From Zygnema circumcarinatum SAG 698-1b (lineage: Eukaryota > Plantae > Zygnematophyceae), in the NCBI GenBank assembly GCA_037447605.1, contig CM074809.1:1106689-1170688 (forward strand): 64,000 bases of DNA, read 5' to 3'. Shown here piece after piece: positions 45,801 through 56,491 of the stretch. The notes under the pieces were generated by a model. The model searched no databases, was not told the origin of the DNA, and saw only the letters and a list, made by a program, of their open reading frames with translations. The translations under genes were made by a program, and so were the position numbers. Each line of letters starts with the position of its first letter. Within the stretch, counting starts at the first letter, position 1.

Positions 45801-48244
45801 CAGACAATATAGACGAGATTGCAGTTCACGCTAGTTTGTAAGCATATGCTAAATGACACCAACAGCTTAACAGTTAAGAAGGCTTCAAAAAACAAGCATG
45901 AAAGTCATAACATTCCCATAGTTCAGACATAAGCCGGAGCTTGTGAAGGCAAGAAACTGGCTACCTCTGTTTCAAACCCTTAAACGTGGAGGACCTGTGG
46001 GATCTGGATATTGGTGGCCAAATAGAAAGCACAGGTCGCAGGCCTGTGTTCACTCACACTGCTGAAGGCAATTACGGCCCAACCGACTGCAAATGGAACG
46101 CCTGCCACCAACAAAGCCTTTTTGCGACCCAAACGGTCGGCAATGCTCCCTCCAGAAATAGCGCCAACCATGGCACCTACATTGACAATTGCAGAGAAGA
46201 AAGAGGCCTGCCCAGTGCTGAGATGAAGCTCATTCCGCATCTCTGACAAGGCAGGGGACGTGTACCCCAACTGCATCCCACTCCCGAAGGCATTGAAGGG
46301 CATTGAGGGGGGCTCTCTCGCGAACAAGTCTGTTGAATCTCCTATTTCCAAAACATGAGACAGGCTTGTATATACTTGCATCATGGCAAATCATCCGCCA
46401 GATCGTGTTAACAACAACACGACCATCACATCTAGAAACACTGGAAACAAACAGTTTTGATTACTTTCCAAAGTGGTGCTGGTGATTGATTTTGCTACAC
46501 AACATAGAGACTGATCTCTATGAAACGTCATGACGCATAAAATTGATTATCTGACTGAAACAGCTTGAACGGAACAACTACATCCTTTCCTAGCGCCTCT
46601 AAGAATCAGCAGCATCAAGACATTCAACGACAAATCTCTGATAAATGATTGAGAAACTGCGGTGAATAGAATCTGCTAAGGGGACGAAGAGAGCCATGCC
46701 TACCGTATATCCAAAGGCCAGGGGCCCGAAAGCCGCAAATATAGTACACAACAGAGTGAAGGACATAACGGTGGAACCCTCCTGCAAGCGGCATAACATG
46801 AAACTGTGTCAGCTATTGACTCTTTTCATAATAGATGTAATGAATCAAAGAGCAACTAACCCCGTTAAAGACACCACAACGCTTAGCTGCTGCCCTAACC
46901 TTACTTGCTTTCCAGGGTTGCCAGGTGTAACGGCCTCTGCATGGAGCTGCACGATCATACGAATCTGGTGTCAGGGCGCGCACAGACTACTTAAGTCACT
47001 TTAATCTTTACCTTCTTGTTACCAATAACATGACTTTCCCAGCAAAACCAAAACAAAGCAAGCTTGAACTGATTCTTCTTGATATCCACATCAATACGGG
47101 ACAAAAACGACATTGCTTGAGATCATGTGCTAAGCACCTATATGCCAAAGATCTTCCATTCAATTAGAAAAGTTTAGAGACATCAACAGAGTCACTTGTG
47201 AGCCTTGTTAAGTGCTATCGATAAACACCTGAGTGTGCACAATGAAATAGAGCTTCAACAACACAGACAAGCATCTAAATATATTAAACTTGTTGGGCCG
47301 GCATTTTTTCAATTTCATTTAGGAAGCGATTAAACAATAAATCAATGGATCATTTTGTAAATGGTAAACGGCGAATGAAAGTTCTATGAATGATGTTCAC
47401 AAGAATGCTGACGCAATGTGGAATAATGGGGAATGACGCTGCTTTAATTTAACACTTTCAAGAGCAACCCATACAAGTTTCTTATATTCATATTCTCGCT
47501 GCTTTCTTTCTTCAACTGCTCGGCTAAAGCCTCACCGCTTTCGAAGATCATTCAACCTCATAGGTTAACCCTCACTGGTTCTACATATTGCCTTTATCCA
47601 TGTGCATTTGATGGCGTCACCACAATATGATCAATGTCAACCTTATTCCCCTGATATGACTAGCCACTTCATACTTTGAAAACAGGTAGTTGCCAACTGG
47701 CAGAATGAACGGAATTAAAAAAAGAGCGACAGGGCTAAATAGCAGGAATAGCTTAAGAAAAACAGCTGACTACAAGAATAGCCTTCAAATTAAGGGGTAT
47801 CTTTCAGGTCATTAGAAACTTTTCGAAGAAGCACCAAGATTACGAAAAGCCTGGCTCCTCTAGAAGCAAAAAGCTAATGTGGAAAACCGGAGATGTGGTC
47901 AATACTTAAAGTAAATTCCATGCCGTACTGTACGGTGTTAGTCTCAACGAAAGTAAGAGCTCTGGAAGTTGAGCTGCAATTCAGTCACATTTTCTTGTCC
48001 ACGTCTCACTCTCTCTATCAACCTTAAACAGACAAAGCGAAACCAGCAACAGAATGTTCCTTCACCAGCTTGGCTCAATAAGAAGACGCAAAATGTGAGG
48101 GTAGAACTAAGCCAATCCTGGCTTCCATGGCTGCTGCCCGCATATGCCACATACCTGTTCCGAAGCTCCCACTTCTGAGTGCGCAGGCTCCTCATCTTCA
48201 GACAGGAGCCGACCTCTGGACCCAGCCCCTTCCGAGTCCGCCAT
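42886..48244 (-). CDS. MFS sugar porter, ERD6-like / GLUT8-like
   Basis: Exons 48155-48244 (less certain), 46704-46781, 46058-46270, 45656-45721, 45390-45531, 44941-45179, 44518-44649, 44071-44193, 43766-43888, 43461-43575, 42886-43007. Motifs [63 protein letters not shown]. Confidence 0.9.
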
Positions 48245-48434
48245 GGCTTCAGCGGTTAGGCGGAGCCGGATGCAGGGCAAGAAAGAGGCCTGCACTGCAG
48301 GCTACAAGAAAGTAATTACAACTCTTGTCCCTTTTTATTTCATTATAATTTTTTTTTTCTTTTTATCCAAGGGGAAAACCCGGCAAGCGCTTGCTGCCAC
48401 TTGGCCGCGCAAACGGTCGAGCTATCTGTAGGTT

Positions 48435-48486
48435 CTGCCACGTGGCAGTCACACATTGCCAGCAGCCAACGAGCGGCCGCCACGTG
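48435..48486. promoter_or_regulatory. Paired G-box/ABRE-like elements upstream of the sugar transporter
   Basis: Perfect 14-bp palindrome CTGCCACGTGGCAG at 48435-48448 and GCCACGTGG at ~48478-48486, about 190-240 bp upstream of the ATG. Confidence 0.5.
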
Positions 48487-48562
48487 GATTTTAGTGTCGG
48501 TGGGAGTTTGTTCGAGGCCTGGTCGGTGTCGAGCGGTTTTGGGGCCGATCCGAAGGGAGAGG

Positions 48563-48701
48563 ACCATGGGTGCCATGGGCGATGATGGGGCCATGGGCGA
48601 TGATGGGGGCTTTTAGAAAATGACCTTCCCTGCATGCCATGCCATGCCGTGTCATGCCATGGTGTTCATCGGCGACTCCATGCGACGCCTTTTGGAGAAT
48701 G
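48563..48701 (+). repeat. Short copy of the CATG-rich compound satellite also found at 54724-55720
   Basis: CCATGGGCGATGATGGGG units followed by CCTTCCCTGCATGCCATGCCATGCC..ATGGTGTTCATCGGCGACTCCATGCGACGCCTTTTGGAGAATG. These modules match 55480-55620 in the same orientation. Confidence 0.88.
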
Positions 48702-49689
48702 GACGGCGAAGATGCGTTCTGTCAAGTGGCGGGAGATGGTACGGATGATAGCTGCGGCCCGAAAAAGTAATGCCCGGAGCCATGCATGGTGCGACTCAGC
48801 GCGGGAAGGGGCCATCTCTCGCAGGCGGAGCATGCCCTTTGCTTTATGGCGGGAGCGAATTCGATCGAGCTTTACGAGAGAAAGGCTCTTGATTATAGAA
48901 AGGCTCTTGACTACGCCGAACAATGGTGAAGATTCGGTCAGTGAGAACCTAAACCCTACACCCTTACCCCTCACTCTACACCTTACACCGTACACCCTTA
49001 CCCCTGCACCCTATTCAGCCTCAACATCGTGTGTATTAGTGCCCTCTCGCCCTCTCGTACCACTCAACAGGCCTCCTCTCATCCTTGGAAACCCCTCGTC
49101 CATTTTGTTGATAATTTGAGTCCGGTCCGGTCGCACCCTCAGACATGCTTCCAAAACAGCGAATTTTCCCCCAATGCACACACCACAAAGGAAAATAAAC
49201 TCTGAAATAAATCACCGAGAAGTGAAAGAAAAAGGAAAAAGCCCCCCCAACTCAAAATCCTTAGGATTAGGATAATATTGTGACAGACAATGAAATTTGC
49301 TCGCAACCAATTTGTACTGCTCTGCCCAAAAGCTCCTTATCCTGTCGCCCATACAGCAAGCCTTTACACTCGGCACGAGAGTTCGGCCTAAGGGGCCGCC
49401 AAGGCCAGTGGGGCGTGTCCGTACAAAAACGCCCTCCCTCGCTGTGTGCAGCTTCCGCGTCCCTTCGCGCCTCCAAAAAGCAAACTAGGCTAGCTCGTGC
49501 TCACGCGCCTATCGCCGCGCGCCACGCGTCCTGTTTAGACTGGCCCTGCTCTGTTCCCAAACACGGAGGACTTGTAAACAAAAACTAAGGACCGCACATG
49601 TGGACTTTAACCTATGCCCGACTGGACACTACATCCAATTTACCTCAAATATCCTTGCACTTTAGCATATGTACACCCTCTATTGTACA

Positions 49690-50105
49690 CTATTGGCCCC
49701 TACTTGTACCCCCATCGACCCCAACACACTTCTTGAGCCACAACATGGCCTTGCTTCGCCGCCCTCTCCTACCACTCAGCAGCCCTCCTCTCATCCTCAG
49801 GAACCCCTCGTCCATAGTGGTAACACTCTCCCAACGCGTTTTTACCCTCAGCAAGGCCTTGCTCTGCTGCCCTCTTGACCCTAGAAACCCTAAAAACCCG
49901 GAAGCCCTCCCATTATCCTCAAAAACCCTTCGTCCCTTTTCGTAACACACTCCCAAATTGTATGCAGGCTCAGCAAGGCCTCGCTCCGCCGCCCTCTCGT
50001 ACCACTCAGCAGCCCTCCTATCATCCTTAGGAACCCCCCGTCCATAGTGGTAACACTCTCCCAACGCGTTATCAGCCTCAGCAGACTGCTCTGCTGCTCT
50101 CGTGA
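49690..50105 (-). pseudogene. Decayed, out-of-frame Sel1 repeats downstream of the intact array
   Basis: Sel1 text continues in shifted frames ([46 protein letters not shown]). A further unit has TAG where intact units have TAC. Confidence 0.8.
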
Positions 50106-53100
50106 CCCTAAAAACCCTAAAAGCCCTAAAACACCTGAAAACCCTAAAAACCCTAAAAACCTTAAAAACCCTAAAAACCCTTTAGCCCTCCCCTTATCCT
50201 TAGAAACCCCTCGTTCCTTTTCGTAACACACTCCCAACTTGTATGCAGCCTCAGCATGGCCTCGCTCCGCTGCCCTCGTGTACCATTCAACAGCCCTCTT
50301 ATAATCCTTAGGAACCCCTCGTCCATTGTAGTAACACTCTCCCAACGCGTATTCAGCCTCAGCATGGCCTTGCTCCGCTGCCCTCTTGTACGACTCGAAA
50401 GCCCTCCCCTTATCCTCAGAAACCCCTAGTCCCTTTTCGTAACACGCACCCAATTTGTATGCAGCCTCAGTACAGCCTTGCTCTGCCGCCTTCTCGTACC
50501 ACTCAACAAACTTGCTCGTATCCTCAAGAACCCCTCGTCCATAATGGTAACACTCACCTAACTTGTACGCAGCCGCAGCATAGCCTTGCATCGCCGCCCT
50601 CTCGTACAACTCAACAGCCCTTCTCTCATCCTGAGGAACCCCTCGTCCAAAGTAGTAACAATATCCCAACGAGAATTGAGCCTCAGCATGGCCTCGCTCC
50701 GCCGCCCTCGCGTACAACTCAACACCCCTCCTCTCATCCTTAGGAACCCCTCGTCCATTGTAGTAACACTCTCCCAACGCGTATTCAGCATCAGCATGGC
50801 CTTGCTCCGCTGCCCTCTTGTACGACTCGAAAGCCCTCCCCTTATCCTCAGAAACCCCTAGTCCCTTTTCGTAACACGCACCCAATTTGTATGCAGCCTC
50901 AGTACAGCCTTGCTCTGCCGCCTTCTCGTACCACTCAACAAACTTGCTCGTATCCTCAAGAACCCCTCGTCCATAATGGTAACACTCACCTAACTTGTAC
51001 GCAGCCGCAGCATAGCCTTGCATCGCCGCCCTCTCGTACAACTCAACAGCCCTTCTCTCATCCTGAGGAACCCCTCGTCCAAAGTAGTAACAATATCCCA
51101 ACGAGAATTGAGCCTCAGCATGGCCTCGCTCCGCCGCCCTCGCGTACAACTCAACACCCCTCCTCTCATCCTTAGGAACCCCTCGTCCATTGTAGTAACA
51201 CTCTCCCAACGCGTATTCAGCATCAGCATGGCCTTGCTCCGCTGCCCTCTTGTACGACTCGAAAGCCCTCCTTTTATCCTTAGAAACCCCTCGGCCCTTT
51301 TCGTAACACACACCCAACTTGTATTCAGCCTCAGTATGGCCTCGCTCCGCCGCTCTCTTGTACCACTCAAGAGCCCTCTTCTCATCCTTAAGAACCCCAT
51401 ATCCAAACTCGTAACACCTTCCGAGCTCGTATTCAGCCTTAGCATGGCCTTGCTCTGCCGCTTTTGTAAACATTTCCACTGCCTGTACCATGTCTTGTTT
51501 AATAAATTTGTTACTCTTCCTAAATATCTCTTCATCAACAAATACCTTGCCCAACTGAAACTGGGCTTCTGCATGTCCTTGATTTGCCGCTTTCTGAAGT
51601 AGCTCCACGGCCCGTGGAATGTCTTGAATGACTCCCAAGCCCTGCATATAACATGATGCCAACTCAGCTTGAGCGTCTTCCAAACCTGGACCGGCTGCCC
51701 TCTCCAGCAGCTCAACAGCCTTTACTAGGTCTTTTTGCACCCCATTCCCGGTCTTGAAACACAACCCTAATTTGCACTGTGCCTTCAACACACCCTTCTC
51801 TGCAGCACGTGTGTAAAGCTGAACAGCCTGTTTCATGTTCTTGAGAACTCCTCTTCCGTTCTCGTAGCACAGTCCTAACCGGAAAAGTGCTCCCAAAAGC
51901 CCCTGATTCGCCGCATTACTGTAAAAAGTCACCGCCTGGTCGAAATCCGGCAAAAATCCACGTATCCCCTCTTCACATTGTACCCCCAATTGATAGAACG
52001 AATTCCCTTGATCTTCACTTTCTACTGCCAAAGAATTTCCCTCATCCCTACTTTCAATTCTCCCAGAATTCCTTGGATCGTCGACTACATTGCCTGCCAC
52101 TTTGGAAGCAAGACTTCTAATAATCTCTTGAATGTAGTGCTCCTCCTCTGATTGCTTGTCGGATACAGCGCGCTCCATATCCGCCTTCACCTCCTCCATG
52201 AACCTTCGGATCTACACAAGAACATGCCATGCATAATGGTGAGTTGATAATTAGTGAGCGATACCTCGACATAATCCATGGCCAAAGACCAATTATGTGG
52301 CCAATTATGCGCACAAACATGACAATAATCCATGACTGCATGCAGTGCATATGGAATGTCAATCACAGTTGAATGCACGTGGAGTTCAAGATCAATTCTC
52401 TCTAAACTAAGACAACCCACCAACTCGAGACAAGTCAACCTCCACAAGAAAGAGCCCCTCCCACCTCCTGCTGCGTGATCTCCCTCTCCTTCAGAAGGCG
52501 GCTCACAAGCGCGTCCACCGACTCCGGCTTGTCCACCGCCGCCCCCCCCAACAGCGCCGCATTCTGCGCCCTCTCCTCCTCCCCCGCCCTCCACATGCGG
52601 TCCATCTCCTTCCGCTGCTCTCTCCTCTTTGCGCTCTGCTCCTCTCTACTCAACTCCCGCACCTGCAGAAAGTCCTGCTCGCACTGCAAAATGTAGAAAT
52701 GCATGTCCTTTATATCCTCAGAGATCTGTTCGTGGTAGAGCAGACGGTAAAGCTTGCTCCGCTTGCAGCGCGCGGCCAGTTCTGTGGCGGAGTGCACGTG
52801 CTGCAGCAGCTCCCCCAGGCCCTTCTCTTCCGCCCTGCGCCCCTCAAGGAGGGAGGAGAGCCGCTCCAAACGCTGGCAGAGGAGGGCGCCCATTTGGCCG
52901 TGTGACATCACGTTGTCCCACGCGCGCCGCAGGGCGACCACCGCCTGGAAAGTTGTATTCGCCGTGTCCATCTGTGGAAAGGTAGTGGTGGGGTGATGGG
53001 AATAAGAGAGGGGGAGGGGAAAAAGGGGAGGGGGGNNNNNNNNNNGGAGGGGGGAGAGGGAGTGGGAGGGGGGAGGGGGGAGAGGGAGTGGGAGGGGGGA

Positions 53101-54362
53101 GGGGCAGAGAAGAGGAGTGGGAAATAAATGGAGGAAATTGGAGAGGAGTGGGATGTAGAAAGAGAAGATAAGTGAGGGAGTGAGGGAAACAAAGATGGAG
53201 ACAGGCATGGTTACCTGGTTTTCCTTGGAAATGGCATCAGATACACCGCAACTGGACGACGCCGTTGGATCCGGTTGATTTTTGTTCTTTGCATTCTCTG
53301 CTGCCCACTGCAACCGAGGCAGAACATTGCTCTCAAGTCTCGGGCGAGCCGACCTTTCCTCCTCCACGCACTGCAGTGCCACGAGGAGGGCTGCCTCTGT
53401 TTGCTGCCGCCCCCACGCCCCTCCCCGCGGGTCCAGCCTCTCCATAAAGACAGTTGTCGCCTTCTCCAAGTCGCGCTTGGGCTGAGCTGGCCCGCAGCCC
53501 TCGAGGAGTTCATGGATTTTCTCGATCCTAGGTTCGCCCGTGAATAGTTGCAATATGATGAGGCCGAGGGCGTACACGTTGGCAGTGGCTGTGAGCAATC
53601 CCTTTTGTGCATGCTCCGGTGCGACGTACCTGTCAGGAACCACCGAAAGGTGACCTTGGGAGATGAGTCGGTCTGCCTTTTATAAAGTTGTGTATTCACT
53701 ATCAGAGCCCACGTAAACATCAACAAACTCACGGAAGATTCACGAGCGGGAGCAACCGTTAGCAGAGGATGGCGAGAAGGCGAAAGCTCAAGTGGAAACA
53801 AAGCTGATTGGGACATGACTTACCCGGGAGTGCCTTGGAAATTGTTGCGGGTTAGGATTGTTGTGCCCTCAAACACTCGAGCGAGGACCATGTCTGCCAC
53901 TTTGGAGGTGAGGTTTCCGTCCAATAGCACGTTCGCTGGCTTGAAGTCGCGGTGGATGATACCTTTCTTATGCATGAACAGAAGAGCGGTCGCCATCTCG
54001 TATGATATCCGGACGCGGTCCGCCCAACCAAGGGGGGGGTACTTGTCAGCAGGACCGCTCAGGCGGTCCTCGAGGCTCCCTCCGCTCACTAGCTCGCTCA
54101 CAAAGTAGCGCCCTTCAGGGCTCCACCCAATGAATTCCACAATGTTGGGATGGTGCAGCCCGCGTAGAGCCGCGATCTCCTTCTTGAACCCCTCCAGAGA
54201 GGCGCTTTCATGCAACCTCTTCACCACCACAGGGGTTTCGAATAGCATGCCTCTGTAGACCGACCCATCCCGTCCTTTTCCGAGCAGGTTTTTGTCGGAG
54301 AAGTTGTCGGTGATCTCCGCCATAAAGCTTTTCGGGAAAAGGAAGGTATCAGATATTGCCAT
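49890..54362 (-). CDS. Kinase / MLKL-like four-helix bundle / Sel1-repeat fusion protein (~1260 aa)
   Basis: Exons 53824-54362, 53215-53629, 52465-52971, 49890-52211 join in frame via GT-AG. Kinase: [45 protein letters not shown]. Middle domain: [30 protein letters not shown]. Then ~17 Sel1 units (A.Y.LG.CY..G.GV..D...A..WY..AAEQG). A 10-N gap lies in intron 2. Confidence 0.82.
50106..50180 (-). repeat. Telomere-like (TTTTTAGGG)n tract inside the Sel1 array
   Basis: About 8 degenerate 9-bp units (CCCTAAAAA on the + strand). A shorter 2-unit tract lies at 49879-49899. Confidence 0.85.
50304..51271. repeat. Near-perfect 432-bp tandem duplication (4 Sel1 units), ~2.2 copies
   Basis: Sequence matches itself at offset 432. 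ORFs 50459-50743 and 50891-51175 are identical. The one mismatch I spotted is 50358 vs 50790. Confidence 0.9.
53036..53045. other. Assembly gap (10 N) within a G-rich intronic tract
   Basis: Literal N run flanked by GGGGGAGAGGGAGTGGGAGGGGGG-type repeats. Confidence 0.99.
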
Positions 54363-54379
54363 TCCGGCTTCCCCTTCCG

Positions 54380-54620
54380 GTTTCCCTTTCTCTCTCTTTT
54401 TCTCTCTCTTCCTTTCTCTTTGTTTTTCCTCTCTCATTCTCTCTTTCTCTCTCTTTCTTTCTCTTTTCTTTTTCTCTCCCATTTTCTCTCTTTCTCTCTC
54501 TCTCCCTCTCCCCCTCTCCCTCTCCCTCTCCCTCTCCCTCTCCCTCTCTCTTCCTCCTCCCCTCCTCTCGCCCTGTCTCTCTCTCTCGCTCTCTCTCCCT
54601 CTCTCCGCCTTTCTCTCGCC
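54380..54620. repeat. CT/GA-rich low-complexity tract upstream of the kinase ATG
   Basis: Polypyrimidine on the + strand (GA-rich on the sense strand), similar to the GA/CT tracts just upstream of the CDC123 and MCMBP starts. Confidence 0.85.
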
Positions 54621-54723
54621 CTCTCCACTCTGTGGCCCTCCTGCTTGCGCCCCACTGCTAAAAGCCGCCGAGCGGGTCCATGTTGCCCGCCGGCAATAAC
54701 GTCGCCGGTCTCGGAAAAACTCG

Positions 54724-55720
54724 GCGACTCCATGCGACACTTTTTGAGGATGCGATTGGCCTTCATCGGCGACTCCATGCGACGCTTTTGGAGGATGCGA
54801 TTGGCCTTCATCGGCGACTTCATGCGACGCTTTTGGAGGATGCGATTGGCCTTCATCGGCGACTCCATGCGACGCTTTTGGAGGATGCGATTGGCCTTCA
54901 TCGGCGACTCCATGCGACGCTTTTGCGAGGCCTTCATGCGATTGGCCTTCATCGGCGACTCCATGCGACGCTTTTGGAGGATGCGATTGGCCTTCATCGG
55001 CGACTCCATGCGACGCTTTTGGAGGATGCGATTGGCCTTCATCGGCGACTCTATGCGACGCTTTTGGAGGATGCGATTGGCCTTCATCGGCGACTCCATG
55101 CGACGCTTTTGGAGAATGCGATTGGCCTTCCATGCATGCCATTCCATGCCATGCCATGCCATGCCATGCCATGTCCATGCCATGCCGAGCGAGTCCATGC
55201 GACGCTTTTGGAGGATGCGATTGGCCTTCATCGGCGACTCCATGCGACGCTTTTGGAGAATGCGATTGGCCTTCCATGCATGCCAGTCCATGCCATGCCA
55301 TGCCATGCCATGCCATGTCCATGCCATGCCGAGCGAGTCCATGCGACGCTTTTGGAGGATGCGATTGGCCTTCATCGGCGACTCCATGCGACGCTTTTGG
55401 AGAATGCGATTGGCCTTCCATGCATGCCATTTCATGCCATGCCATGCCATGCCATGTCCATGCCATGCCGAGCGAGTCCATGCGACGCTTTTGGAAAATA
55501 TGATTGGCCTTCCCTGCATGCCATGCCATGCCATGGTGTTCATCGGCGACCATGGCCGATGATCGAGCCATGGGCGATGATGGGGCCATGGGCGATGATG
55601 GGGCCGTGGGCGGTCATGGGGCCATGGGGGCCCATGGGCCATGATGGAGCCATGGGTGGTGATGGGGCCATGGGCGATGATGGGCCCATGTGGCCCATGT
55701 GGCCATGGCATGGACCCGCA
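54724..55720 (+). repeat. Compound minisatellite: 45-bp array, 144-bp higher-order unit and ~18-bp CCATGG-rich units
   Basis: Unit CCATGCGACGCTTTTGGAGGATGCGATTGGCCTTCATCGGCGACT starts at 54730, 54775, 54820, 54865, 54910, 54961, 55006, 55051, 55096. A 144-bp period follows (ATTGGCCTTC at 55121, 55265, 55409) with embedded (CATGC)n, then CCATGGGCGATGATGGGG-type units. Confidence 0.93.
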
Positions 55721-56491
55721 TGGCTCCCAGGTATGGTGACATGTGTAGGCTTGCATGCCGAATGTGGCAATATAGCAAACCACGAGTGAGACGTGTGCAC
55801 CATGTCGGCGTCGGCTCAAGACTTGGGGGTCTTCATTGGCTTGCGAATAACGGAAATGGGTCTTGTTACATGATTGATGAGAGAACCTTTACAAGCCAAT
55901 CACGATTATTTCCAAAGCACGTGAAAAACAAGAAGACAAGGTTGCTCCTCCAGACGATACCCTATGGATAAGTATCAAGACTTCATACTGTGCTTGTGGG
56001 CAAAATGTCAATAGTAAAACAAGGGCAGATAACTCATCTTCATAACTCTACGTTACCATAGAATTGATGCCATTTGTGAGGCCTGGTACATCCGGACCAT
56101 ACTTCCCCCTTGCACACTATCAATCTAAAACCCGCATTGGCAAGGGTAGGGAACCAAGGCCAACCTTCTTGTTGCTTTCCGTAGAACAGGACCTCCTCTG
56201 CTTGCTGATGGGAGGGAGGGGGGAAGGCAGAGCAGTAGGAAGTCCACTTGCCAAGAGCACTCCATTAACAGATTCCACTTAGATTCAATCACATTATCTT
56301 AACTATGACGGCAGTACTGTACAAGGTGCTGCGAGCCCTTGAACAGGAGTGACCTTGAAGAGAATAGCAGAGTCTCCTCGACGTATGCCTCCCTCCTTTG
56401 AGCAGCAACTCAACTCAGGCGCAGTAACCACGACGGGTTCTTGATAGGATTTCATCTCCAGTCCTTAGGAATCGGACCATCGCACTATATG

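Noticed and set aside
50171-51715. Overlapping alternative-frame and antisense ORFs in the Sel1 exon
   Set aside because: These are shadow frames of the repetitive coding sequence with no independent domain signal.
54724-55130. CRISPR array
   Set aside because: The 45-bp units are contiguous with no unique spacers, there are no cas genes, and the context is eukaryotic.
53820-55819. Long ORFs (589, 461, 380, 369 aa) across the minisatellite as real proteins
   Set aside because: They arise from stop-free repeat units with periods divisible by 3. The GA tract before ATG 54362 resembles the upstream tracts of other genes here, so that ATG is the preferred start.
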